Assembly (NCBI GenBank): GCA_020720105.1
Contig: DYPF01000001.1
Location: 16,782 to 71,280 of the forward strand
Direction of reading: 5' to 3'
DNA from: Chloroherpeton thalassium
GTDB lineage: Bacteria; Bacteroidota; Ignavibacteria; Kapaibacteriales; UBA2268
Length of the DNA: 54,499 nt
A program made the translations under genes and the position numbers. The notes below the pieces were generated by a model, which made no database searches, was not told where the DNA came from, and saw nothing but the letters and a program-made list of their open reading frames with translations. Below are positions 26,643 through 34,727 of the stretch, piece by piece (positions within the stretch are counted from its first letter, which is position 1; every line of letters begins with the position of its first letter).

Positions 26643-27287
26643 ATGAAATTCAGCGAATTCCAATTATTGCTTACAGCAGGAGAAAGTTCAACTGTTGAAT
26701 ACAAGCGAAAAATCAATAATCCCGAAAAACTTGCAAAAGAAATTTGTGCTTTTGCCAATACAAAAGGCGGAGTAATTATCATTGGTATTGATGATGATGG
26801 CAGTATTAAAGGGCTCAAAAGTGAAAAGAGCGAAATGGATATTGTTGAAAAAGCATGCAATTTCTATATCATACCAGATATTCAAGCAGAATTGCAATTG
26901 TTTGATATTCATGGAAAAGATTTACTTGCTGTAATAATTAAAGAGGGTACTCACAAGCCATATAAGGCAATGTCTCATATCGAGGACGATAAAGTAGTGT
27001 ATCAAGTTTTTATCAGAGTAGGCGAGAGTTCAGTACCAGCAAGCTCGGAGATGAGCAGGTTATTAAAATCTCAAGCAAGCGATAAACCTTTACGACTTTC
27101 AATTGGAGACAAAGAGAGGAGGCTTTTTCAATATTTGGAAAAGTACAATCGAGCTACAGTTAAGGATTTTTCAGGACTTGTGAATATATCTAAAAGAAGA
27201 GCAGAGCAGCTATTAATAAGACTGGTGCGTGCTGGAGTTTTGCAAATAAACTCCGACACGCACCACGACTACTTTACTTTGATTTAA
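26643..27287 (+). CDS. AlbA_2 (Schlafen-type divergent AAA) domain protein with C-terminal winged HTH
   Basis: ...GESSTVEYKRKINNPEKLAKEICAFANTKGGVIIIGIDDDGSIKGL... is the AlbA_2 signature. The C-terminal ...RLFQYLEKYNRATVKDFSGLVNISKRRAEQLLIRLVRAGVL... looks like a wHTH. Confidence 0.7.
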   Translation: MKFSEFQLLLTAGESSTVEYKRKINNPEKLAKEICAFANTKGGVIIIGIDDDGSIKGLKSEKSEMDIVEKACNFYIIPDIQAELQLFDIHGKDLLAVIIKEGTHKPYKAMSHIEDDKVVYQVFIRVGESSVPASSEMSRLLKSQASDKPLRLSIGDKERRLFQYLEKYNRATVKDFSGLVNISKRRAEQLLIRLVRAGVLQINSDTHHDYFTLI

Positions 27288-27309
27288 TTTTTTTCATTTT
27301 AGAAAAAAA

Positions 27310-28014
27310 TTAATAAGCTTCGATGAAAAAGTAAGATTTACCAACATATCTTTTACCTTTGGTAGCTTTGCCAACAGGAACTGGATTTTTTGGATCTACC
27401 TTAGACGCACCTTCAGCCACAACTCTATCTTGCTCCAATCCATTTTGGATAAGATAATTGCGAATAGCATTGCTTCTTTCAAGTGTTAATTGAGCATTTA
27501 TTGTAGGGTTATTATCATTATCGGGATATGATACAATCTTTATTCTTACAGTTGGATTAAGTTTTAAGCACTCAATACTCTGTTTAAAAAAAATATCAAT
27601 ACCATTTTTAAGCAAAGATTTTGAATATTCAAAGATTTTTACATTAACTGGAATTTGTGTTCCAACCTTTTTAGGAGTAAAAATTAAATCCTTAGAAATT
27701 TCTTGATATTTATCCGAAGCAGGAGTAGAAACATAAGTAATTTGCTTCATATATTCAAATTCAGCACAGCGAAGTTCGTAGGTTTCACCTGACTTCAATC
27801 CAGTGATAAAATAATAACCATCTTTAGTATTGCTTTTTATTTTTTGCAATCGTTTTCCGGTTGCATCATAAATTTCTATATAAACAGAAATTGGTTGGTT
27901 ATTAGTAACATCCAGAGCAGTTCCCCCTATAGATACAACTGCAAACATATTTGCAAAAGTAGAAATATTCGAGAAAATGACTGCAAGAATTAATGTTAAT
28001 ATTATCTTTTTCAT
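27310..28014 (-). CDS. secreted protein with divergent OmpA-like C-terminal domain
   Basis: Signal peptide, N-terminal beta-sandwich-like region (...YIEIYDATGKRL...DGYYFITGLKSGETYEL...). The C-terminal ...IKIVSYPDNDNNPTINAQLTLERSNAIRNYLIQNGLEQDRVVAEG... resembles OmpA_C but lacks the usual NRRVE ending. Confidence 0.5.
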   Translation of the reverse strand: MKKIILTLILAVIFSNISTFANMFAVVSIGGTALDVTNNQPISVYIEIYDATGKRLQKIKSNTKDGYYFITGLKSGETYELRCAEFEYMKQITYVSTPASDKYQEISKDLIFTPKKVGTQIPVNVKIFEYSKSLLKNGIDIFFKQSIECLKLNPTVRIKIVSYPDNDNNPTINAQLTLERSNAIRNYLIQNGLEQDRVVAEGASKVDPKNPVPVGKATKGKRYVGKSYFFIEAY

Positions 28015-28025
28015 ATTATTTCTCC

Positions 28026-29024
28026 TTACTTTTTCTTAGTATTTTTAACTGGTGCAACGACTTTTTTAAGTAATCTAACACTACCGTCATCACAAGCTGC
28101 TGTAATAATGCTTGCATCAGAAACTAAGTCAACCGACCAAATGCCAGCATTTAACACAATATCTGCTAACAAAACTGGACCTTCGATATCCCAAACCTTA
28201 ATATGCTTATCTAAGCTTCCTGTAACTATAGTACGATTATCTGCAGCAAAAGAAAGATCCTGAAGGATATCATTATGAGCCTTGAATTTCCTAAGTATTT
28301 CTCCAGTTTTAGCATCCCAAATTACTACTTCGCCATTTATGTCAGATGAAGCAATTTTTTGATTATCAAAACTGTAGAGTACAGTTAAAACAGGAGCCTT
28401 ATGACCACGCAAAACGAATAATGGTTGGCTTGTTGTTAAGTCTGTTGACCAAACTTTTACTGTTGAGTCGTCGCTGCAAGAAGCAATAGTTTTCCCATCA
28501 TAACTATATGCTACATTATTAGTTGCTTCTGTATGACCTCTTAATGTCTTAATTTCAGTTCCAGTAGCAACATCCCATAATTTTACAGTTTTGTCAAAGC
28601 TTGTAGATGCTATCATTGAGTTATTTTCATCTTGACTGAAATAAACGCCAATTACAGGTCCTGCATGTCCAGTGAGAACCTTTTCCTGCGTTCCAGTTTG
28701 AGCATTCCAAATTCTCACAGTTTCGTCTTCGGAGCCACTTGCTATCATCAAATCATTACCAGAAAATGATAAATTATAAACAGCACCTAAGTGACCTTTT
28801 AGTGTTAGTAATTCTTTTCCATCTGGCAAACTCCAGATCTTAATTGTTTCGTCAAGGGAACTTGTTGCAAATTTGGTATTTGCTTCATTTACAAACACTC
28901 CCAGAACTTCGTCAGAATGTTTTCCGATAATTGTTTCTTTATACTCTAAACTTTGAGAAAAAGCAGTAGTAAAGGAGAAAAGAAACAATCCGATAAAAAG
29001 AAGGATGTTTTTTGATTTTTTCAT
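28026..29024 (-). CDS. secreted WD40-repeat beta-propeller protein
   Basis: Signal peptide MKKSKNILLFIGLFLFSFTTAFSQ, then about seven canonical WD repeats (GH...ETIKIWS, ETVRIWN, KTVKLWD, STVKVWS, GEVVIWD, KHIKVWD). Confidence 0.85.
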   Translation of the reverse strand: MKKSKNILLFIGLFLFSFTTAFSQSLEYKETIIGKHSDEVLGVFVNEANTKFATSSLDETIKIWSLPDGKELLTLKGHLGAVYNLSFSGNDLMIASGSEDETVRIWNAQTGTQEKVLTGHAGPVIGVYFSQDENNSMIASTSFDKTVKLWDVATGTEIKTLRGHTEATNNVAYSYDGKTIASCSDDSTVKVWSTDLTTSQPLFVLRGHKAPVLTVLYSFDNQKIASSDINGEVVIWDAKTGEILRKFKAHNDILQDLSFAADNRTIVTGSLDKHIKVWDIEGPVLLADIVLNAGIWSVDLVSDASIITAACDDGSVRLLKKVVAPVKNTKKK

Positions 29025-29154
29025 AATTCTACCTTTTGGAATTATTAATTTTTATAAAATTAAGAAAAAAAAACAACAAATCCAATTTTTCTGAAACCAT
29101 TGTTGAAAAAAATCGTATTATCAATCAACAACAATAATTTTTTTGAGGTATAAT

Positions 29155-29502
29155 ATGAAAAATTCAAAATACACAAGATTTGCAATACTTACAGTTGCAT
29201 TATTTACTATCTTCGCATTTGCATCAACTACTTTCGCGGCAGATAACAATCCTAACAAAAACAAAGTAGAATGCAAGTTATCAGTACAAGTTAGCTCCTT
29301 CTATGATAAAGATATGATTGAAACACAATTGAAGGATCATCAAGGAATATTGGACACTTACATTGATTTGGACGAGAAAATCGCCTACATAACTTATGAT
29401 AAAACTATTACAAATTCAGAGAAAGTTTGTAGAGTTATTAATGATTTAGGCTTTGAAGCAAAAGTACTAGAAGAAAAGGACAGCGATTTAGGTAAAAAAT
29501 AA
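29155..29502 (+). CDS. small secreted protein with HMA-like fold lacking the CxxC metal site
   Basis: Signal peptide, then ...KLSVQVSSFYDKDMIETQLKDHQGILDTYIDLDEKIAYITYD...VCRVINDLGFEAKV.... This follows the HMA beta-alpha-beta-beta-alpha-beta pattern, but the MxCxxC position reads SSFYDKD. Confidence 0.4.
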   Translation: MKNSKYTRFAILTVALFTIFAFASTTFAADNNPNKNKVECKLSVQVSSFYDKDMIETQLKDHQGILDTYIDLDEKIAYITYDKTITNSEKVCRVINDLGFEAKVLEEKDSDLGKK

Positions 29503-29528
29503 GAAACTATCCAAATCTCCTTTAAAAC

Positions 29529-29556
29529 TAAAACCGACTTTTAGTCGGTTTTTTTT
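29529..29556. terminator. bidirectional intrinsic terminator between convergent genes
   Basis: AAAACCGACT-ttt-AGTCGGTTTT hairpin with a T-run on the plus strand (to 29556) and a U-rich tail on the minus strand. The flippase stop codon (29541-29543) lies inside the stem. Confidence 0.7.
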
Positions 29557-30842
29557 ATTTTTAATAAGAAATATTTCAAATCATCAAACAATCTAAAAAG
29601 GTAAGAAAATTTATAGTGTAATCTTTTCTGAACGATAAAGTAACCAAAAACACCGAAAATTATATTATATGCCATTAAGCCAAAAGATATATAGTTAGTT
29701 AAATTATTGTAAGATACAAATAGAAAAATAATTAAAAAGATTATTATTGAGAATATTTCAGCAATAAAAATAACTTTTAAATGTTTCAATGCAGTAAATA
29801 TAGTATAAAATAGATGAAAGGATAAAAATGGAGACATTGCTAAAAACCAATAAAAATAACTCATTGATTTATTGAATTTTTCGGGTATAATATAGTCAAA
29901 AATCAAAGTTCCCACTGGGCTAACTATAATCAAAGATATTATGATAAAAGACCAAAAAACATAAGATGTAGATTTGATCAATAAATCTTTGGCATCATCA
30001 ATTCTGTTACTTTCAATTTGTTTTACATACGATGGATATAGTAAACCTGTAACTGCACTAATTAATTCTTCGAAAATTCTAAATAGAGTCTTCGCCGCTG
30101 AATATAATCCAATGATTTCTAATGAAAAGAAGAATTTCAAAATAATTAATTCAAATTGTTTAGGAAAAGAATATAGCAAACCGATAATTGATGTTTTCCA
30201 GTTGAATTTTATTATTTTCTTTATGTTAATTGTACCTTTTGTGCTGAATTGGAGGTCTTCTTTAACAAGCACTAAAGTTATTACGGAACTAAAAATTCCA
30301 CCTAATAAATAACTGTAAACTAAATCATTAAACGATAAATGTTTGTTGGTTAATATTATGTAGCCCAAGTAAATTGTAGTAGTGCCAAAGAAAAATGCAT
30401 TCGAAATAAATAATTTAAGCATACTTTGATTGCGATAAATCAGCTTTTGGGAAAAAGTTCTTGGAATAAATGTTAGGGTTAAAAAGGGCAAATAAAAGGC
30501 TACCTCTTTAATTCTTGGCTCGTATAAACCTGAAAGTAAGTCAGAAAAAAGTAAAATTATTAATGCTATTGATATAGTAAAAGCAATGTGGGTTATTAGA
30601 CTAATTAAATTTACTTTTTTGCGATTCTTTTCATCAAAACCAAATTGAATAATGCTTTGCAGAGAAAAAGAATCACTAATAGTAAAAATCCAAGTGTGAA
30701 TAACAATTAGAATTGAATATAATCCATAATCATCAACATTCGTGTAGTGAATAATGATTAGGAAGATAAATCCATACAAAATGAATAATGCCTTGTCTGC
30801 AAGTGCCCAAGATATTTTTGCTAAGTGATTTTTAATTTTCAT
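29541..30842 (-). CDS. polysaccharide flippase-like multi-pass membrane protein (MOP/Wzx type)
   Basis: 433 aa, hydrophobic throughout with roughly 12 TM segments. The size and pattern are typical of Wzx-type transporters. No strong sequence motif, so the assignment is by architecture. Confidence 0.55.
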   Translation of the reverse strand: MKIKNHLAKISWALADKALFILYGFIFLIIIHYTNVDDYGLYSILIVIHTWIFTISDSFSLQSIIQFGFDEKNRKKVNLISLITHIAFTISIALIILLFSDLLSGLYEPRIKEVAFYLPFLTLTFIPRTFSQKLIYRNQSMLKLFISNAFFFGTTTIYLGYIILTNKHLSFNDLVYSYLLGGIFSSVITLVLVKEDLQFSTKGTINIKKIIKFNWKTSIIGLLYSFPKQFELIILKFFFSLEIIGLYSAAKTLFRIFEELISAVTGLLYPSYVKQIESNRIDDAKDLLIKSTSYVFWSFIIISLIIVSPVGTLIFDYIIPEKFNKSMSYFYWFLAMSPFLSFHLFYTIFTALKHLKVIFIAEIFSIIIFLIIFLFVSYNNLTNYISFGLMAYNIIFGVFGYFIVQKRLHYKFSYLFRLFDDLKYFLLKIKKTD

Positions 30843-30888
30843 AAATATTAATAACGAAAAAACTATAATTATAGTCCATCATTCAAAA

Positions 30889-32220
30889 TTATTCAGCCAA
30901 TTCTTTCACTTGAGATTCACTTAATGCAACTTTATAAATCCTTAATTCATCAATTAAAAAAGTTAGACTTGTTGTAGAAGTCACACCTTCGTTAGTCCAA
31001 GAATGTTTTCCAATTGCTGCATAAGCTTCATCAAGATTAACTATACTCTGAGATGAAGAACCTACAAATTTACCATTTATGTATGCAAAAACAGTTCCAG
31101 AATTGTAAACTAATGCGAAATGATTCCACTCTTGTGCCTGAGAAATGTCATAATCAATCCAAATTGGTTTTTGTCTCTTATAAAAGTCAGAAGATTCGCA
31201 ACCTACACTAAAATTATATATTAAAATTGACGGAACTTCTGGTTTAGAATATGTAGCTATTCCTAACCAACCATCAGATTGATTGCCCCAATTAATATAT
31301 GCTTCTCCAATAATATTATGATTGACTTCTTCTTGTATCCACATAGAAATTGAAAATTGTGTATAGTTTTTAAAATTTAAAATTGGTAACCCAATAAAGG
31401 ATCCGTCAACATTAACTTGCGAAGTTCCCGAAATTCTTGCTGCCAAACCTTCAATACCACCCGTGAAAGTAACTTGGTTAAATAAATTTCCATTCTTTGA
31501 GTTTCCACTTTGATCGTTTGCATTAGAATGATTAAAAGAATAATAGAGTAATAACTCTGAATTGGGAATTGAGTACTTTCTTTTAACTATAAAACTTTGT
31601 ATATCGGACTCTGTATTAGTAAATCTATCATAAGCAACTACCTTCCAAAAGTAAGTTGTGTAACTGTCCAAGTAATCTGTTTTAATTTCATTGAGCTTAA
31701 TTTTACTCGCAACAAGTTTCATATTTTTACTATTTTCTGATAAATATACATCATATTTCAAAGTATCTTCATCAATATCAGAGCAACTCCACTTTAATGT
31801 AGCATAATTACTATCAATTACGAAGTTCGAGCTTGGAGTGAGTAAATTTGGTTTATCAGGATCGTGATTAAAAGATGAAGTGCCTTCTAAGAAGAAAATT
31901 GCATAAGAAGTTTTATTTCCGCTTACTTCTACTTGCAAACTACCTTTCTTGTACCCTGCTTTATCTGCAAGTACAGAATATGATCCAGCCTCTACATCTT
32001 TTATTGTGAACGTTCCATCTAATCCATTATACACCACTGAAGTAGCTGGTTCTGTGTAAATTTTTACGTCAGTAATAATCTTATTAGTCGACTTATCATA
32101 GACTTCTCCACTTATAATACCAATTCCTATTGGTGAGTTTGTTCTTTCACTACAAGAGTAGATTAATATGATAAATGAAAAAATAGTTAATAATTTTAAT
32201 AATTTCATCATTTTCTCCAA
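30889..32220 (-). CDS. lipoprotein with CarboxypepD_reg-like, Fn3-like and LamG (concanavalin-like lectin) domains
   Basis: Lipobox ...IILIYSC. ...GEVYDKSTNKIITDVKIY...GSYSVLADKAGYK... resembles a carboxypeptidase-regulatory fold. The C-terminal ...WNHFALVYNSGTVFAYINGKFVG...LIDELRIYKVALSESQVKEL is a typical LamG ending. Confidence 0.6.
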   Translation of the reverse strand: MEKMMKLLKLLTIFSFIILIYSCSERTNSPIGIGIISGEVYDKSTNKIITDVKIYTEPATSVVYNGLDGTFTIKDVEAGSYSVLADKAGYKKGSLQVEVSGNKTSYAIFFLEGTSSFNHDPDKPNLLTPSSNFVIDSNYATLKWSCSDIDEDTLKYDVYLSENSKNMKLVASKIKLNEIKTDYLDSYTTYFWKVVAYDRFTNTESDIQSFIVKRKYSIPNSELLLYYSFNHSNANDQSGNSKNGNLFNQVTFTGGIEGLAARISGTSQVNVDGSFIGLPILNFKNYTQFSISMWIQEEVNHNIIGEAYINWGNQSDGWLGIATYSKPEVPSILIYNFSVGCESSDFYKRQKPIWIDYDISQAQEWNHFALVYNSGTVFAYINGKFVGSSSQSIVNLDEAYAAIGKHSWTNEGVTSTTSLTFLIDELRIYKVALSESQVKELAE

Positions 32221-32493
32221 TATCTTTTCTCAAAAATATGAAATTATTCAATACGTAAAACACTGATAATCAAATAATTTAACCATAAATTAATAAAAGT
32301 TCATATTTAAAGAAAAAAAATATCAAATATTAACTTTATTCATTTATCTTATTAAGAAATACAAACGAATTTGGGTTTAAAAACCAATATTTGTATCAAT
32401 TATTAGACAAAGATTATTTATTTAATAATTTGAAAATGAAAATTTATAATTAAAAAATTAGTATAAAGAGTGTTGAGTATGTGAAGAGTTTTG

Positions 32494-32565
32494 TAGCACA
32501 TAGGGGATTCGAACCCCTGTTACCGGCGTGAGAGGCCAGCGTCCTAACCACTAGACGAATATGCC
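32494..32565 (-). tRNA. tRNA-Glu (anticodon CUC)
   Basis: The reverse complement reads GGCATAT-TC-GTCT-AGTGGTTA-GGAC-G-CTGGC-CTCTCAC-GCCGG-TAAC-AGGGG-TTCGAAT-CCCCT-ATGTGCT-A. This is a full cloverleaf, close to the canonical bacterial tRNA-Glu body. CCA is not encoded. Confidence 0.9.
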
Positions 32566-32594
32566 TTTTTTTCTTTATTAAAAATAACTAATTA

Positions 32595-32602
32595 CAAAAA
32601 TA
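32595..32602 (-). promoter_or_regulatory. candidate -7 box TATTTTTG for tRNA-Glu
   Basis: TAnnTTTG match on the minus strand, 29 nt upstream of the mature tRNA 5' end. Confidence 0.3.
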
Positions 32603-32656
32603 ATCATTTTTACTTGATAAATTTTTAGTAATTTACATTTTTTTAAATTATAATAT

Positions 32657-33733
32657 ATGTATATTTTTAAAAATTGGACATTAATTGATATTTATCAAAT
32701 GATTTATCTTCACAAATTTAGATCTCAGCACGCTATTGCTTTTATTGATAAATATGATTCAATTGATGTTTTTTACGATAATTTTACAACTATTGAAACC
32801 GAATTAATCGGGGATAAACAAAAATATTATCAGGCTAAAACACACGAAATTATCAATGCTTGTTCAGAGAGCAATATAGAAATACTTACTTTTTGGGATG
32901 ATAATTATCCTGCAAAATTAAGAGAAATCTCTTCACCTCCATTGATTATCTATAAAAAAGGAAGTTTTAGTTTTGGAAATCAAAAATTTGTTTCTGTTGT
33001 GGGCACCCGCAAAAACACTACTTATGGCAAGTTAAATACTGAACGATTTGTAAGAGATTTAGTTCAAAGTGATTGTGTAATTGTAAGCGGCTTAGCAACT
33101 GGAATTGATACAATTTGCCATCACACTGTTTTAGCAAATAAAGGTATTACAATTGCTGTTGTAGCTTCGGGATTGAACAAAATATCTCCAATATATGCTA
33201 ATAATTTAGCAAATGAAATAATTAAAAATGGCGGAGCAGTTGTTAGCGAGTATCCACCAGACGAAGCAGCCAAGATTGGATATTTTCCTCAAAGGAATAG
33301 AATAGTAAGTGGAATTAGCTCCGCTACTTTAGTTGTTGAAAGTGGAGAGAAAGGAGGTTCCTTAATTACTGCACGTTTTGCTTTCGAACAAAATCGACTT
33401 GTTTTTGCCATACCTGGCAATATCACATCTGAAAGAAGCAAAGGTTGTAATGAGTTAATCAAACGAGATATTGCAAAAATATGTCCAGATCCATCTGATA
33501 TATTAATTGAGTTAGGTTGGAATTATAATCATAGAAATGCAGAACTCAAAATCAATTTTTCGAGTGAATTGGATAAAATTGTTTATGAATTAATAAAATA
33601 TGAACCTGTAACTATAGATTATTTACTAAATTCGCTTAAATATAATATCACGGAAGTATCTGTAAGTTTATTCAATTTAGAATTTAGTGGAATTATTAAA
33701 CAATTACCAGGAAAACAATATGTTAGGAAATAA
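32657..33733 (+). CDS. dprA: DNA-processing protein DprA (Smf)
   Basis: ...VSVVGTRKNTTYGKLNTERFVRDLVQSDCVIVSGLATGIDTICHHTVL... and ...GYFPQRNRIVSGISSATLVVESGEKGGSLITARFAFEQNRLVFAIPG... form the DprA Rossmann core. Confidence 0.9.
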   Translation: MYIFKNWTLIDIYQMIYLHKFRSQHAIAFIDKYDSIDVFYDNFTTIETELIGDKQKYYQAKTHEIINACSESNIEILTFWDDNYPAKLREISSPPLIIYKKGSFSFGNQKFVSVVGTRKNTTYGKLNTERFVRDLVQSDCVIVSGLATGIDTICHHTVLANKGITIAVVASGLNKISPIYANNLANEIIKNGGAVVSEYPPDEAAKIGYFPQRNRIVSGISSATLVVESGEKGGSLITARFAFEQNRLVFAIPGNITSERSKGCNELIKRDIAKICPDPSDILIELGWNYNHRNAELKINFSSELDKIVYELIKYEPVTIDYLLNSLKYNITEVSVSLFNLEFSGIIKQLPGKQYVRK

Positions 33734-33736
33734 ATT

Positions 33737-34726
33737 ATGAATAATGAACAATTAACAAAGTACAACGAAATTCAAAAACTTATAAATGATCAATTTTCAT
33801 TTTTAACAGAGCTTCAAACCCCATCAAACTTGTACGAGCCTTTGAAATATCTTTTTGAAATTCAAGGCAAACACATCAGACCACTCTTAACAATTCTGTC
33901 GGCAGGTATGCTTGGTGGCGATTTAGAACGTTCTTTAAAGCCAGCTGTTGCGATAGAATTATTGCACAACTTTACGCTCATACATGATGATATTGTGGAT
34001 AATAGCGATATGAGACGGGGTAGGGAAACTATCCATAAAAAATGGGATAGTTCTGTTGGTATATTATCAGGCGACCTCTTGCTTGCTCTTGCATTTAGGC
34101 ATATCATAAAAGATGTTCATTTGGATTGTTGCAAAGATGTATTGTTATCTTTTACTCAAAGTTTGATAGATGTGTGCGAAGGTCAAGGTTTTGATATGGA
34201 TTTTGAGAATAGAGACGATGTTACCGAAGATGAATATTTTAATATGATTTATTTGAAAACGGGAAAGTTAATAGAGAATTCTATGTTGACAGGAGGATAT
34301 ATTGCTAAGGCTAATGATATGCAAAACGAAATACTAAAAAGCATTGGAAAAAATTTAGGCTATGCTTTTCAACTTCAAGATGATTTGTTAGATTTGACTG
34401 CAATTAATCCGAAATTTGGAAAAGTCGTTGGTAAAGATTTAATTGAAGGCAAAAAAACTTTTATTATCATAAAAGCAAAAGAATTATTCAAAAAACAAGC
34501 AGAAATTGATTTATTGAACCTCTTTTATCAAAATAAAGGGTTAAAAGAAAATCAAACAGATCAAATGATAAAATTCTTAGATGACAATATGATTTTCGAT
34601 TTAGTTAATAAAAGGATAGAATCTTATTATGATAATATAGTAGCTAATTTGAACAGATTTGATGATAATATTTACAAAGATTTACTTAAATATCAAATTG
34701 AATCGATATTTAAAAGGGATTATTAA
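33737..34726 (+). CDS. polyprenyl diphosphate synthase (short-chain FPP/GGPP-type likely)
   Basis: First Asp-rich motif LIHDDIVDNSDMRRG, second FQLQDDLLD. A bulky Phe five residues before the first motif hints at a short-chain product (inference). Confidence 0.85.
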   Translation: MNNEQLTKYNEIQKLINDQFSFLTELQTPSNLYEPLKYLFEIQGKHIRPLLTILSAGMLGGDLERSLKPAVAIELLHNFTLIHDDIVDNSDMRRGRETIHKKWDSSVGILSGDLLLALAFRHIIKDVHLDCCKDVLLSFTQSLIDVCEGQGFDMDFENRDDVTEDEYFNMIYLKTGKLIENSMLTGGYIAKANDMQNEILKSIGKNLGYAFQLQDDLLDLTAINPKFGKVVGKDLIEGKKTFIIIKAKELFKKQAEIDLLNLFYQNKGLKENQTDQMIKFLDDNMIFDLVNKRIESYYDNIVANLNRFDDNIYKDLLKYQIESIFKRDY

Positions 34727-34727
34727 A

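Noticed and set aside
28026-29024. Eukaryote-like WD40 (and the LRR protein at 48141-49046) as a sign of eukaryotic contamination or recent eukaryote-derived transfer
   Set aside because: Both genes have bacterial signal peptides, sit in tight bacterial operons and share the local AT-rich composition. Secreted WD40 and LRR proteins are common in environmental bacteria.
32221-32656. tRNA-Glu (and the tRNA-Ser/Leu pair at the right edge) as an integration site for a mobile element
   Set aside because: I found no integrase, excisionase or phage-like genes next to either tRNA locus. I also found no direct repeat of the tRNA 3' end in the flanks, which carry ordinary chromosomal genes.
34659-34727. 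Upstream extension of the AddB-like ORF (track start 34659), plus comparable long-start options at 1547, 2689, 24517, 25793, 29143, 44457 and 50314
   Set aside because: These extensions overlap the preceding gene or a promoter box, and they lack the signal peptide or conserved N-terminus that appears at the internal ATG. The shorter starts give tidy 1-20 nt gene junctions.
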